Positions 10,468-20,916 of a stretch of DNA of 64,000 nucleotides are shown here, piece after piece. Numbering within the stretch: position 1 is the stretch's first letter; each line of letters begins with the position of its first letter. This DNA comes from an uncultured Acidobacteriota bacterium (GTDB taxonomy: Bacteria; Acidobacteriota; Polarisedimenticolia; J045), in NCBI GenBank assembly GCA_963702425.1, contig CAVPCQ010000040.1, positions 32,001-96,000 of the forward strand. The letters are read 5' to 3'. The notes below the pieces were generated by a model. It made no database searches, was not told the origin of the DNA, and saw nothing but the letters and a program-made list of their open reading frames with translations. The position numbers were made by a program, and so were the translations under genes.

Positions 10468-10890
10468 TCACGGCCGCGGCACTGCCCCCTTGTACGTCAA
10501 CCCCTCCGGCCCGAGCCACGGGTGGACCTCCACGACCAGCCGCCCCGCCTTCACCGCGGGATCGGTCTCGCAGAGCGCCTTCGCCTCCTCGAGCGTCGCC
10601 ACCTCGAACAGGAAGAGCCCGCGCAGGTCGCCGCCGTCCGTGAACGGCCCGGCGAGCAGCAGCTTCCCCTCTGCGCCGAGCTTGCGGATGTTCGCCATGT
10701 GACCTTCCTGCAGCGCGCGGATCTCCGGCGTGTCGCCGGGGGTCCAGGCCGGGCCCTTCTTGATCAGGCCGAGGTAGTAGGTCTTCATCGTGATCGTCGG
10801 CGCCGGCTTGCCCGCTTCTGCGGCCGGGGTCAGTCCGGCAACCCCGACGACGATCAAAGCCACCAACAAGATCCGTGCAACTTTCCGCAT
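10468..10890 (-). CDS. YciI family protein with signal peptide
   Basis: GHMANI...GKLLLAGPF...DPAVKAGRL; hydrophobic leader; GGAGG RBS. Confidence 0.85.
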   Translation of the reverse strand: MRKVARILLVALIVVGVAGLTPAAEAGKPAPTITMKTYYLGLIKKGPAWTPGDTPEIRALQEGHMANIRKLGAEGKLLLAGPFTDGGDLRGLFLFEVATLEEAKALCETDPAVKAGRLVVEVHPWLGPEGLTYKGAVPRP

Positions 10891-11018
10891 CGAGCCTCCT
10901 CCGAACCTGTCGGGGCCGGCCGCGGTGCTTGCCGGCCCGGGCGTTCGTCCCGGCACCAGAGTCTGGAGATGATCACATGGCGGTCGAGGGGGAGGGGGTC
11001 GGTGGTGCGCCGCCCCCG

Positions 11019-11256
11019 CAGAGGGCCGCCACGAATGCACATCCGCCGACAGAGGACCCCACCGAATGCACATCTCGCCCCGGCGCGGGCCTCTGAGCAC
11101 GCGCGCGGAGCCCAGAGACCGCCGAAAAACGACGCACTGTGTCATCTCAGAGGGAGTTCGACTGCAACTCGCCGGCCGATGTCGCTCCGATCCGCTCAAC
11201 GATGTGCGTTCGAGGGGGTCCTCTGTCGGCGGATGTGCATTCGAGGCGGCTCTCTG
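11019..11256. repeat. 56-bp imperfect inverted repeat (51/56) with 126-bp spacer; each arm is ~2 copies of a 31-bp unit
   Basis: 11019-11074 aligns to the reverse complement of 11201-11256 with 5 mismatches. Confidence 0.85.
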
Positions 11257-11348
11257 TCGCCCGCCGGGCCTCACGGCACAACCGCGGGCTCCATCCGCCG
11301 CCGAATCGCAACCGCCACCGCCGCACGCCGGCCCCGCCCCGCGCAACG

Positions 11349-12443
11349 TCAGCCTCCCCCCGTCATCCCGCGGATCACGTCGTCCCCCAGGCGCTCCTTC
11401 AGGAATGCCGCCAGCCGCTGGCGCAGCTTCACCTCGGCCTGGCGCATCGCCTCGCGCGTCACGCCGAAGCGGTCGCCCAGCTCCTGCAGCGTCGCCTCGT
11501 CGAGCGCCCCCAGCCGCTGGTCGAGCAGCGCGCGGTCGCGCTCCGTCAGCGTGGCGCGGAACTCCTCGAGCGCGCGCTTCGTCTTCCCCTGCAGGTCCTC
11601 GGCGATGACCCGGTGCTCCGCGTCCGCCTCCCCGTCGGCCAGCACGTCGGCGAGCGTCGCGGTCCCCTCCGCCGAGAGCGGCTGGTCCAGCGACGCGTCG
11701 CGCGCCGCCAGCACCTTCTCGGCCTCGACGACGTCGTGCTCCGAGACGTCGAGCCGCGCGGCGAGCAGCTTCGGCGTCGCCTCCACCCCCTGCGCGGCCA
11801 GCTTCGCCTGCTCGTGGCGCAGGTGATAGAGCAGCTTGCGGCGGTCGTTCGTCGTGCCGAAGCGGACGATCCGGCGGTTGTCCTGCAGGTACTTGAGGAT
11901 GTAGGCCTTGATCCACCAGGCGGCGTAGGTCGAGAAGCGGTTCCCCTGCTCCGGGTCGAAGCGCGTGACCGCCTCCATCAGGCCCACGTTCCCCTCCTGG
12001 ACCAGATCCATCAGGTTGTCGACGAAGCGGCGGTACATCAGCGCCAGCTTGACGACCAGCATCAGGTTGGCATTGACCAGCTGCGCCGCCGCGTCGCGGT
12101 CCCCGGTGTCGCGGAACAGGCGCGCCAGGCGCGCCTCCTCGTCGGCCGGCAGCGGCGGGATCGCGCGCACGTCGGCGATGTAGCGCGCCGTCGGGTCGAG
12201 CCGGGCCGGGAGTCCGCGCCCGGGGACGCGCGCGAGCGCGCGGGCCAGCTCATGCTCGGACTCGGCGGGAACGCTGTCAGCATCCAGGTCCGTTCCGAGC
12301 GCGTCCGCGTCGAGCACGACCTCCCCGACGTCGGGAACTACCTCGTCAGGATCGACAACGGTCTCGCCGGAGTCGGGCACGATCTCCGCGTCGACGACCC
12401 GCTCGGGCTCGTCGTCCGGCAGCCGGCGGCGGCGCGCGCTCAC
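11349..12443 (-). CDS. RNA polymerase sigma factor, RpoH/sigma-32-like, with acidic N-terminal extension
   Basis: DLVQEGNVGLMEAV, RFSTYAAWWIKAYI, RpoH-box-like RIVRFGTTNDRRKLLYHL, and region 4 TLQELGDRFGVTREAMRQ. Confidence 0.88.
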   Translation of the reverse strand: MSARRRRLPDDEPERVVDAEIVPDSGETVVDPDEVVPDVGEVVLDADALGTDLDADSVPAESEHELARALARVPGRGLPARLDPTARYIADVRAIPPLPADEEARLARLFRDTGDRDAAAQLVNANLMLVVKLALMYRRFVDNLMDLVQEGNVGLMEAVTRFDPEQGNRFSTYAAWWIKAYILKYLQDNRRIVRFGTTNDRRKLLYHLRHEQAKLAAQGVEATPKLLAARLDVSEHDVVEAEKVLAARDASLDQPLSAEGTATLADVLADGEADAEHRVIAEDLQGKTKRALEEFRATLTERDRALLDQRLGALDEATLQELGDRFGVTREAMRQAEVKLRQRLAAFLKERLGDDVIRGMTGGG

Positions 12444-13798
12444 GTCGCGCTCGCGTCGCGCGGGGCCGGGCAGATCGCGCGGAAGAAGCAGCCGCGACAG
12501 GGGCGCGCCGTGGCTGCCAGTTCGAAGTCGTCTTCGCGCGCGAGGTGGCGGACCCGGTCCGACACCTTCGCGAGCATCGCGCCGATCGACGCGCGCATCG
12601 CGGTCTCGGCCGCGGCAATCGTCTCGGCGGTGATCGTGCAGGGGCGCTCCGGGTCGGCCTGGCGCAGGTAGACCTCGCGGACGCGCAGGCGCTCCGGCTC
12701 GGCCTGCCAGACCTTCCGCGCGTAGCCGGCGTAGACCATCATCTGGAGCGGGTTCTCACCCCGCTCCTTGCGGCCAGTCTTCCAGTCCAGGATGTGCACC
12801 AGCCCGTCCGGATCGCGCCAGGCGAAGTCGATCTTCACCCAGACGTCGACACCGTCCAGCGCGAACTTCTCCAGCCGCTCGACCGAGGCCCGCGCCTCCC
12901 GCGGCAGCGCGCGCGCGACATCCAGGTAGCCGTGCGCCGCGAAGGCCCGGACCATCTCATTCGCCTCGTCCACCCGCCCGCGCCACTCCTCGTCGCCGAC
13001 CGCCAGGTGCGGGTACTCGTGCTCGGTGAAGCGCGTCGCGCTGCGCGGGTCGTCGGCGGTGAGCTGGTCGCCGTCGCGGCTGGCCGCGTAGTCGCGGCGC
13101 ATCCGCGCCAGCATCCGCTCGATCGCCCGCTCGATCGCCTGCTCGACGGCCGGCTCCGCTTCGGGCGCGCGGCCCGCCAGCGCCTCGCGCAACAGCCCCT
13201 CGATCGTTTCGTGCACGCGCGAGCCGACCCACATCGGCAGCGACGTCAGCGCGGCGAGCCGCGCGGCCAGCCGCGCGCGGTCCGGGTCGGGGTCCTCCGC
13301 GCGCCCCTTGGCCAGGTAGTAGCCGAAGAAGTAGGCGCGCGGGCAGTCGGTGAACGCGCCGTGGCGCGTCGCGGACCACGAGAAGCCGGGCGGGACCGGC
13401 GCGGGGAGCCCCGGCTCCAACCGCGCGACGATCTCGAGGTCGGCCGGCAGGATCGGCAGCCCCGGCATCGCCGCCGGCGCGTACCAGCCGATCGCCTCGG
13501 CGTGGAGCGCCCGCGGCTCGCCTGCCGCGATGCGCGCGGCGAGGAAGTGCAGCTCGACCTCGCGATCGTCGTACGCGTGACGGATCACCCAGAGCGGCCG
13601 CACGCCGTCGATCTCGACTCCCAACTCTTCGCGCATCTCGCGGACCAGCGCGGCGGCGGGCGTCTCCCCGTCCTCGAGCTTGCCGCCCGGGAACTCCCAG
13701 TGGCCCGCCATGTGGGTCCCCGGCGGCCGGCGCTGGAGCAGGTAGCGGTCGCCCTGCGGCACGATGCCGGCGGCGACGCGGAGCAGGCGCTTGGTCAC
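12440..13798 (-). CDS. MutT-type Nudix hydrolase fused to PD-(D/E)XK (RecB/AddB/Cas4-like) nuclease
   Basis: Nudix box WEFPGGKLEDGETPAAALVREMREELG; in the same frame CPRAYFF, VKIDFAW, ILDWKTG, QMMVYA and CRGCFFRAICP. Confidence 0.85.
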   Translation of the reverse strand: MTKRLLRVAAGIVPQGDRYLLQRRPPGTHMAGHWEFPGGKLEDGETPAAALVREMREELGVEIDGVRPLWVIRHAYDDREVELHFLAARIAAGEPRALHAEAIGWYAPAAMPGLPILPADLEIVARLEPGLPAPVPPGFSWSATRHGAFTDCPRAYFFGYYLAKGRAEDPDPDRARLAARLAALTSLPMWVGSRVHETIEGLLREALAGRAPEAEPAVEQAIERAIERMLARMRRDYAASRDGDQLTADDPRSATRFTEHEYPHLAVGDEEWRGRVDEANEMVRAFAAHGYLDVARALPREARASVERLEKFALDGVDVWVKIDFAWRDPDGLVHILDWKTGRKERGENPLQMMVYAGYARKVWQAEPERLRVREVYLRQADPERPCTITAETIAAAETAMRASIGAMLAKVSDRVRHLAREDDFELAATARPCRGCFFRAICPAPRDASAT

Positions 13799-13896
13799 GA
13801 GGGGGGGCCTCCGGGTCCCGGGATGGTAGTCACCCCCCCCGACCCGCGGCAAGTTCGGCCATTCCGGCCGATCCCCGCGCTCGCGGACGGCCTCGA

Positions 13897-14498
13897 ATGA
13901 AACAAAACTTTGGCGCCCAGTTCGCCGGCCCGGTACCTTGCTGCAAAGGGCAGCGACGGAAGTCGCGTGGCTCGACGCGGAGGGTTCCTTGCTCGGCAGC
14001 GCGTTCAGTTCCCCGGCGCCGTACCTGTTCACGCAGGTGCTCACGCTCTGCGGGTTGCTCTCGCTGCTGTTCTTCTCACTGCGAGGACGTCTCGCCCCCG
14101 CTCGCTGGGCCGGGGCCCTCCGCGTCGCGTACTTCACCCTTGCGCTCTGCTTCTTCGCCGGCGCCGCGGTGGTCGGCACCTCGAGCGCGCTCCACTTCCA
14201 CGGCGCGCGCTGGGCACCGCAGGCGGTGCTGGTGCTCGACCGGCCCGCCCCGCTGGGGCCGATCGCGATTCCCAAGACGCTGGTCGCCTCGGTCACCGAG
14301 TTCGCGGTCCCCGAGCGCACGTTGCTCGGCGGCCAGCGCGCCTCGGTGCAGTTCGAAGTCGTGACCCGCTCGGGCGAGAGCTACTGGAGCGCCTCGCTGC
14401 ACGAGAAGGCGCGCGTCGACGCGCTGCGCGCCTCGCTGATCGCCGCGACCGGCGGCCGGCTGATGCGGTTCCAGATCGGGCACAGCACGCTCCAGTAG
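13897..14498 (+). CDS. Hypothetical membrane protein (probable frameshift near 13937)
   Basis: ORF 13938-14498 has two TM segments and host-like codons; an upstream ATG at 13897 is in another frame. Confidence 0.55.
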
Positions 14499-14503
14499 GG
14501 GCC

Positions 14504-14596
14504 GCCCTCTGTGGCGGCCCGAGAACTGCCCTCTGTGGCGGCCCGAGAACTGCCCTCTGTGGCGGCCCGAGAACTGCCCTCTGTGGCGGCCCGAGA
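14504..14596. repeat. Tandem repeat, 24 bp x ~3.9 (gccctctgtggcggcccgagaact)
   Basis: Copies start at 14504, 14528, 14552 and 14576 with no spacers. Confidence 0.95.
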
Positions 14597-14669
14597 TCCG
14601 CACTCCGTAGCGACCTAAAATCGAGCTCGGCGGGCGCCAGCGTATAGTCCCGGTCCGGAGTCCCGATCG

Positions 14670-16953
14670 ATGCACCCGCCCTCCCGCCCCGCCCTCCCCT
14701 TCCTGGGTTCGATCGCCCTCGTCCTCGCCCTCGCCGCCCCCCCCGCGCAGGCGACCCGCCCCGTCACCGGCCGCGTCACCAGCGAGCAGGCCGGATCGCC
14801 GTGGGCGTTCGTGACCGTCGGCGCGACGCGGATGTCCGTCGCCGATTCGGTCGGGCCGAACGACCCGATCCCGGTCGAGTGGACGACCGTCACCAACGGG
14901 CTCGGCAGCTACCGCTTCGACCTCGACGAGACCCTCCCCGGGATGGGCCGCCTGCTCGTCTTCACGTACCACCACCTGCTCTTCAACGAACTGAACGGCG
15001 GTGTCGACGCCTCGGGGATCGAACCGCGGCGCACCGACACGACGCGGCCCGGCGTGGTGACCGTCAACCTGGCGGCGGGCCCCGCCAGCGGCGTCAACTT
15101 CCAGGTCGCGTCCAACAAGCGCACCGATCGCGCACCGATGCGGGACGGCACGACGACCCTCGGCACCGACATCTTCCTGCCGTCGCGGCGCGCGGGCCTG
15201 CGCTGGCCGGCCCTGCTCCAGCGCACCCCCTATGCCCGTGCGGAGCCGCCGCGCGCGTACCTCGTCGCCGACTACGCGGTCGTCGTCCAGAGCACGCGCG
15301 GCCGGGAGGACTCGGACGGCGTGGACGAGGTCTTCGACGACGACGGTTGGGGCGCGAACCAGGACGGCTACGACGCGGTCGAGTGGCTCGCCGCGCAGCC
15401 GTTCTGCGACGGGCAGGTCGGCACGTTCGGCGCGTCCGCGTCCGGCATGACGCAGCTGCGGCTCGCCGGCGCGGCGCCGCCACACCTCGCGTGCTCGATC
15501 GCCGAGGTCGCTTCCGCCGACCAGTATCGCGACATGACCTACCCCGGAGGCGTGTTCCTCAAGAACCTGCTCGAGACCTGGCTGACGAACCAGGGCTCGG
15601 CCGGGAAGCTCGCGGAGTACTGGGCCCACCCCGACGAGGACGCCTACTGGGACGAGCGCAACCTGCTGCTTCGCGCCGGCCAGGTCCGCGCGCCGATCCT
15701 CCAGATCGGCGGGTGGTACGACCTGTTCACCCAGGGGACGCTCGACCAGTTCCGCCTCATCAACGAACAGGGCGGTCCCGGCGCGCGCCGCAACCAGAAG
15801 CTCGTGATGGGCCCCTGGGTCCACGGCGGGAGCCAGGGTCAGGCGCAGGGCGCGCTGACCTATCCTCCCCACAGCGTCTTCTCCGACTACGCGGCGCTGC
15901 GCCTGCGCTGGTTCGACTTCTGGCTGAAGGGGAAGGACACCGGGGTGATGGACGATCCCCCGGCGCGCGTCTACGCGATGGGACCCGGCCTCCCGGAGGG
16001 AGCGACCGCACCGGGCAATGTCTGGCGCACGCGGGACGACTGGCCGCCCCCCGCGACCTCCACGGCGTTCTACCTGCAGCCCGACGGCTCGCTCTCCAGG
16101 GTTCCGCCGACCGCCGCCGCGAGCGAGACCGCGTATCTCTCCGACCCCCAGCAGCCGGTGCCGACGCGCGGCGGCAACAACCTCTACGACGACGATCCTC
16201 GTCGGTCCGTACGACCAGCGCCCCGTCGACAACCGCGCCGACGTCGTCACCTGGGAGACGGCGCCGCTGGCGGAGCCGCTCGAGAGCAGCGGGGCGATCA
16301 CGATGGTCCTCTACGCCTCGTCCGACCGGCTCGACACCGACTGGGCGGTGAAGCTGGAGGACGTCTATCCCGACGGCCGCGCGATGCTGGTGACCGACCT
16401 GATCCTCAACGCACGGCACCGGCTCGGTCACCGCGAGGAGCACCTGCTCGTGCCGGGGCAGGTCTACCGCTTCGACGTCCGGCTATGGGACAGCTCGATC
16501 GTCTTCCCCGCCGGGCACCGGGTCCGCGTGGCGATCCAGTCGTCGAACTACCCGCGCTTCGAGGTCGATCCGCAGACCGGCGAGCCGTTCAAGCAGAACA
16601 CGCGCACCGAGATCGCGACGAACCGCGTGCAGCACAGCGCCGCGTGGCCGTCGCACCTGCTGCTCTCGGTGGTCGATTCGGCAGCGCCGGCAGCGTGCCG
16701 CCCCGCCGCCGCCGTGACTGGCCTCGCGGTCGAGCGGCTCGACGCCGCGACGGTCCGGCTGTCGTGGGATCCGGTCGTCGATCCCTGCCACCGGCGCTAC
16801 CGCGTCTACTCCGGGCTCTCGCGACCCGAGTGGCCGTGGATCGTTCGGCGCCCGATCGCGGAGACTGGCGAGACGTCAGTGGTCACCGGCTCGGACGGGC
16901 TGTTCTGGCAGGTCGTCAGCGAGGGGACGGACGGGGGGAACGGGCCCCGCTGA
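14670..16953 (+). CDS. Secreted CocE/NonD family hydrolase with C-terminal Fn3-like domain (frameshift near 16195)
   Basis: Signal peptide; PMRDGTTL, RTPY, RGREDSDG, GTFGASASG, GGWYD, GPWVHG; C-terminal GHRVRVAIQSSNYPRF in the next frame. Confidence 0.88.
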
Positions 16954-17031
16954 GCGGGGGCGGCGGGGCGACGGGGTGGCGAGGTGGCGCCGGGAGAACG
17001 GCAGCCTCGCTTCCGGTGCTACCCTGCCGGC

Positions 17032-18049
17032 GTGTCGAATCGCGAACCAAACGGCAAGCCCGGCGACTGCCGACTCGACCTCTCCGACACCGAGGCGGTC
17101 GTCCTGTGCCTGTCCTGCGGCGGCCGGTACGTGCGCGAACTCCCGCGGTGCACGACCTGCGGCGCCGCGCACCTGGTCCCACGCGCGCGCCTGGCGGCCG
17201 CGGTCCGGCGCTCCGCACCGAACGCTCCCCCGCACGAACTCGAGCGCCTGTGCCTGGTGCAAGTGCTCGCGGTGGAGGAACCGGAAGCGCTCGACGCGAT
17301 CCGCCGCGGAATGACCGCGGCGGGCTTTCCGCACGTCGTCGTCTCCGCTGAGGGCGCGCTGCTCGAGTCCGGCCCGGCCGCCGGCAGCGCGGTCCTGTTC
17401 GCGGCCGAGGACGACGAGCCGTCGATCCGCGAGCGCCTCGCGACGTGGCTGCCCGACGGCGCGGAGGATGTCGAACGCGAGCCCGGCGCGCCGGTCGCGC
17501 TCGAAACCCTGGTCGACGCGGAACCGCTGGCCGTGTCGCACAGCGAGTTCGAGGCCAACCTGATCCGCGGCGAGCTGGATCGCGCGGGGATCGCCTTCGC
17601 CTGCGTGCCGGGTGGACGCGGGCTGCAGTTCTTCGTTGCGTCGGCGGATGTTGCCCGGGCGAACGAGCTGTTGGACCTGCTGGAGGGCAAGACGCCGGAG
17701 GGGCAGCCGATCGCGGAGGAGGAGCTCGAGCGCCTCGCGCTCGCCGAGAGCTCGATCGACGACGGCGAGGCCGAGCCGGACGAGGATCGCGCTCGGAGCG
17801 AGGTTGCTCCGCGCGTGCCGCCCGAGCCCCAGACCTTCCGCGGCGGAGGACGCGCGTCCGGCCGCAGCGCGAACCGGGCGCTTCGGCCGCGCGGCCCGGC
17901 GGGTCGTGATCGGCGCGATGGCGCTGGGCTGCGCGGCGCTCGCCATCGCGGGGCCCGCTTCGGGCGCCTGGTCGATCGCCGCCTGGATCGGCGCGGCTTT
18001 CGCCGCGCTCCTCCTCATGCTGGACGTGGTGAACCCCGGGCCCGACTGA
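17032..18049 (+). CDS. Zinc-ribbon + DUF2007-like protein with C-terminal TM helices (frameshift near 17820)
   Basis: CLSC...CTTC; EFEANLIRGELDRAGI...DVARANELL; TM pair in the frame ending at 18049. Confidence 0.6.
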
Positions 18050-18193
18050 CCGGCCGGACGACGTCATCCTCGAACGAGCCCCGGCCTCCCGCGCGCAAGA
18101 GCCGGGATCGGGCTGCCAGCGGCGGGAGCGGATCGCTTTGAGCTGGTCGCGTGCACAGAGGGACGGTCCGGGCGATCGGGTGGCCCATGGCAT

Positions 18194-18221
18194 AGCTTGT
18201 CAAGTCGTAACTTGACAAGTT
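18194..18221. promoter_or_regulatory. AT-rich 11-6-11 palindrome at the left edge of the Rhs locus
   Basis: agcttgtcaag-tcgtaa-cttgacaagtt; contains TTGACA on both strands. Confidence 0.45.
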
Positions 18222-18392
18222 GGCATCCGCGCCCCGTACGGATAGTCGTCGTATCCCACGACCACGTACCCCGCCTCATCCGCCACGTCGCGCAGCGTGC
18301 CGAGGTGATCGCGGTGGTGGTACCAGTTGACGAAGTACGGCCCGCTCGGCGCGTCCGGCGTCGCGGGCGGATCGCCCGCGCACGGGTCCCGG
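18221..18392 (-). pseudogene. Orphan Rhs cassette 4, 3' part; truncated after YGARMP with no toxin tip
   Basis: DPCAGDPP...FVNWYHHRDHLGTLRDVADEAGYVVVGYDDYPYGARMP matches the other cassettes. Confidence 0.85.
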
Positions 18393-18601
18393 TGGCGGTT
18401 CCGGACCATCGTGATCGCTCATTCCGGGGCATCGTGATCAGGGATTCCGGGATCGTGATCACCGATTCCGGGCATCGTGATCGCGGATTCCGGGATCCTG
18501 ATCAGGGGTTCCGGGATCGCGATCAGGGATTCCGGGCATCGTGATCACTGGTAGGCGTCGGCAGCGAACGCGGTCAATCTGGCCCTTTTTCGGAGGGGCC
18601 G

Positions 18602-20167
18602 ATGGCTGGCGAGAGGCTGCTGATGAGGAAGTTGCGCGAGATCCTGCGACTGAAATGGGAGTGCCGGCTGACGCACCGTGAGATCGCGCGGTCGGCAGGG
18701 ATCGGCACGGGTACGGTCTGCGCCTACGTCCAGCGCGCCCAGGCGGCCGGTCTGTCCTGGCCGCTGCCGGAGGAGTTGGACGACGCGGCGTTGACGGTGC
18801 GGCTGTTCCCGCCGGCCCCGGGCGTGGAGGTCGAGCGGCTGCCCCCCGACTGGAGCTGGGTGCATCAGGAGCTGCGGCGCAAGCACGTGACGCTGCAGCT
18901 GCTGTGGGGCGAGTACGCCGCGGCGCACCCGGTGAATCACTATCGCTACAGCCAGTTCTGCGAGTTGTATCGACGCTTCGCTGCGCGGCTCAAGCCGAGC
19001 ATGCGGCAGGTCCATCGGGCGGGTGAGAAGGCCTTCGTCGACTTCGCCGGGAGCAAGCCGCGGCTCGTTGACCCCGCGACGGGCGCCGTGCGCGAAGTGG
19101 AGTTGTTCGTCGGGGTGCTGGGGGCGAGCAGTGAGACCTACGCCGAGGCGGTGGAATCGCAGGAGCTGGAGCCGTGGATCCGGGCACACGTCCACATGTT
19201 TGAGGCCTGGGGCGGAGCCCCGGAGATGCTGGTCCCCGACAACTTGAAGAGCGGGGTGACGAAGCCGTGTCGTTACGAGCCGGAGGTCAACCGCAGCTAC
19301 GGCGAGATGGCGGCGCATTACGGGACCGCGGTGATCCCAGCACGGAGCTATCGGCCGAAGGACAAGGCCAAGGTCGAAGCGGGGGTGCTGCTGGCGGAGC
19401 GCTGGATCCTGGCGGTGCTGCGGCATCGCATCTTCTTCAGCCTGCACGAGCTGAACGCGGCGATTCGGGAGTTGACCGGACACCTCAACGAGCGGCGGAT
19501 CCGCGCCCTGGGTGTCAGCCGCCGCGAGCTGTTCGAGCAGCTCGACCGGCCCGCACTCAAGCCGCTGCCACCGCGGCGCTACGAGCTGGGCCAGTGGAAG
19601 ACCTGCCGGGTCAGCATCGACTACCACATCGCGATCGAATACAACACCTACAGCGTGCCGTACACGCTGCTGTACGAGCAGGTCGACGCCCGCCTCACCG
19701 CCGACGTCGTCGAAGTCTTCCACAACGGCCGCCGGATCACGTCGCACCGGCGGTTGCGGGGCCGCGGCCAGAGCTCGACCTACCCCGAGCACATGCCCGC
19801 GTCGCATCGTGCCCACGCCGAGTGGACGCCCTCGCGGCTGATCCACTGGGCCGAGAAGAGCGGCCCGGCCACGGGGCGCGTGGTCGAGCAGATCCTGCGC
19901 TCGAGGCCCCACCCCGAGCAGGGCTATCGGGCCTGTCTGGGTCTGATGCGTCTCGGCAAGAAGCACGGCGACGGCCGTCTCGAGGCGGCCTGTGCGCGGG
20001 CCGAACGCCTCGCCGCCGTGAGCTTCAAGACCGTGCACAACATCCTGCAAGCCGGTCTCGACCGTGTCCCGATCGCGGACGAGCCGTTGGCTCTGTCGCC
20101 CCCCCCGCAAGGCCATCCCAACATCCGTGGCGCGGACTACTACGTGTCCCAGGAGACCGAATGCTGA
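18602..20167 (+). CDS. istA: IS21 transposase
   Basis: N-terminal HTH; FVDFAG, LVPDNLKSGV, PKDKAKVE DDE motifs; YSVPY. Confidence 0.95.
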   Translation: MAGERLLMRKLREILRLKWECRLTHREIARSAGIGTGTVCAYVQRAQAAGLSWPLPEELDDAALTVRLFPPAPGVEVERLPPDWSWVHQELRRKHVTLQLLWGEYAAAHPVNHYRYSQFCELYRRFAARLKPSMRQVHRAGEKAFVDFAGSKPRLVDPATGAVREVELFVGVLGASSETYAEAVESQELEPWIRAHVHMFEAWGGAPEMLVPDNLKSGVTKPCRYEPEVNRSYGEMAAHYGTAVIPARSYRPKDKAKVEAGVLLAERWILAVLRHRIFFSLHELNAAIRELTGHLNERRIRALGVSRRELFEQLDRPALKPLPPRRYELGQWKTCRVSIDYHIAIEYNTYSVPYTLLYEQVDARLTADVVEVFHNGRRITSHRRLRGRGQSSTYPEHMPASHRAHAEWTPSRLIHWAEKSGPATGRVVEQILRSRPHPEQGYRACLGLMRLGKKHGDGRLEAACARAERLAAVSFKTVHNILQAGLDRVPIADEPLALSPPPQGHPNIRGADYYVSQETEC

Positions 20168-20916
20168 CCCAACCCACGATCGACAAGCTCCAGGCGATGA
20201 ACCTGCACGGCATGGCCGAGGCCTTCGACCGGCAGCAACACGACACCACACACGTCGCGCTCAGCTTCGAAGAGCGCTTCGGTCTGCTGGTCGACCACGA
20301 GTGGACCCAGCGCGAGCAGCGCAAGCTGACGCGGCGGCTCAAGCTGGCGCGGCTGCGCTACGACGCCGCACTCGAGGACGTCGAGGTCAAGCCCGGGCGC
20401 GGCCTGGATCGCCAGGTGCTGCTCGCGCTCGGCACCTGCACCTGGATCACCGAGCGGCACAACCTGATCATCACCGGCCCGACCGGATCGGGAAAGTCCT
20501 ACCTGGCCTGCGCCTTCGGCGAACGCGCCTGCCGCAAGGGCTTCACCGCCCAGTACGTCCGCGCCCCGCGCCTGATCCAGGCCCTGGCCGTGGCCCGCGG
20601 CGACGGCTCGTCCGGCCGCCTGCTGGCCCGACTGGCCAAGCTCGATCTGCTGGTGATCGACGACTGGCTGCTCTCGCCGCTCCAGGACGCCGGGCGCCGC
20701 GACCTGCTCGAGGTGATCGAGGACCGCGCCGAGCGTGGCTCGACACTCCTGGCCGGTCAGCTCCCGATCAAAGCCTGGCACGAGGTGATCGGCGAAGCGA
20801 TGCTCGCAGACGCCATCCTGGATCGCCTGGTCCACCGCGCGCACAAGATCGATCTCAAAGGGCCCTCGCAACGCGAGCTCCGCAGTCCGATCCGTGGCGG
20901 AGACAAGACCCGATGA
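20161..20916 (+). CDS. istB: IS21 helper ATPase
   Basis: Walker A GPTGSGKS, LLVIDDW, ADAILDRLVH; overlaps the istA end. Confidence 0.95.
   Translation: MLTQPTIDKLQAMNLHGMAEAFDRQQHDTTHVALSFEERFGLLVDHEWTQREQRKLTRRLKLARLRYDAALEDVEVKPGRGLDRQVLLALGTCTWITERHNLIITGPTGSGKSYLACAFGERACRKGFTAQYVRAPRLIQALAVARGDGSSGRLLARLAKLDLLVIDDWLLSPLQDAGRRDLLEVIEDRAERGSTLLAGQLPIKAWHEVIGEAMLADAILDRLVHRAHKIDLKGPSQRELRSPIRGGDKTR

Noticed and set aside
14504-14596. Possible mini-CRISPR near a Cas4-like nuclease
   Set aside because: Head-to-tail identical units with no spacers, and no cas1/cas2 in the window.
18178-18221. Chromosomal dif site
   Set aside because: Only a partial XerD-arm resemblance (tgtcaagt) and no XerC-like arm; kept only as a generic palindrome.
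18393-18546. CRISPR-like periodic repeats
   Set aside because: Units are adjacent with no unique spacers and are mirrored at the other IS end, so they are IS21 terminal repeats.
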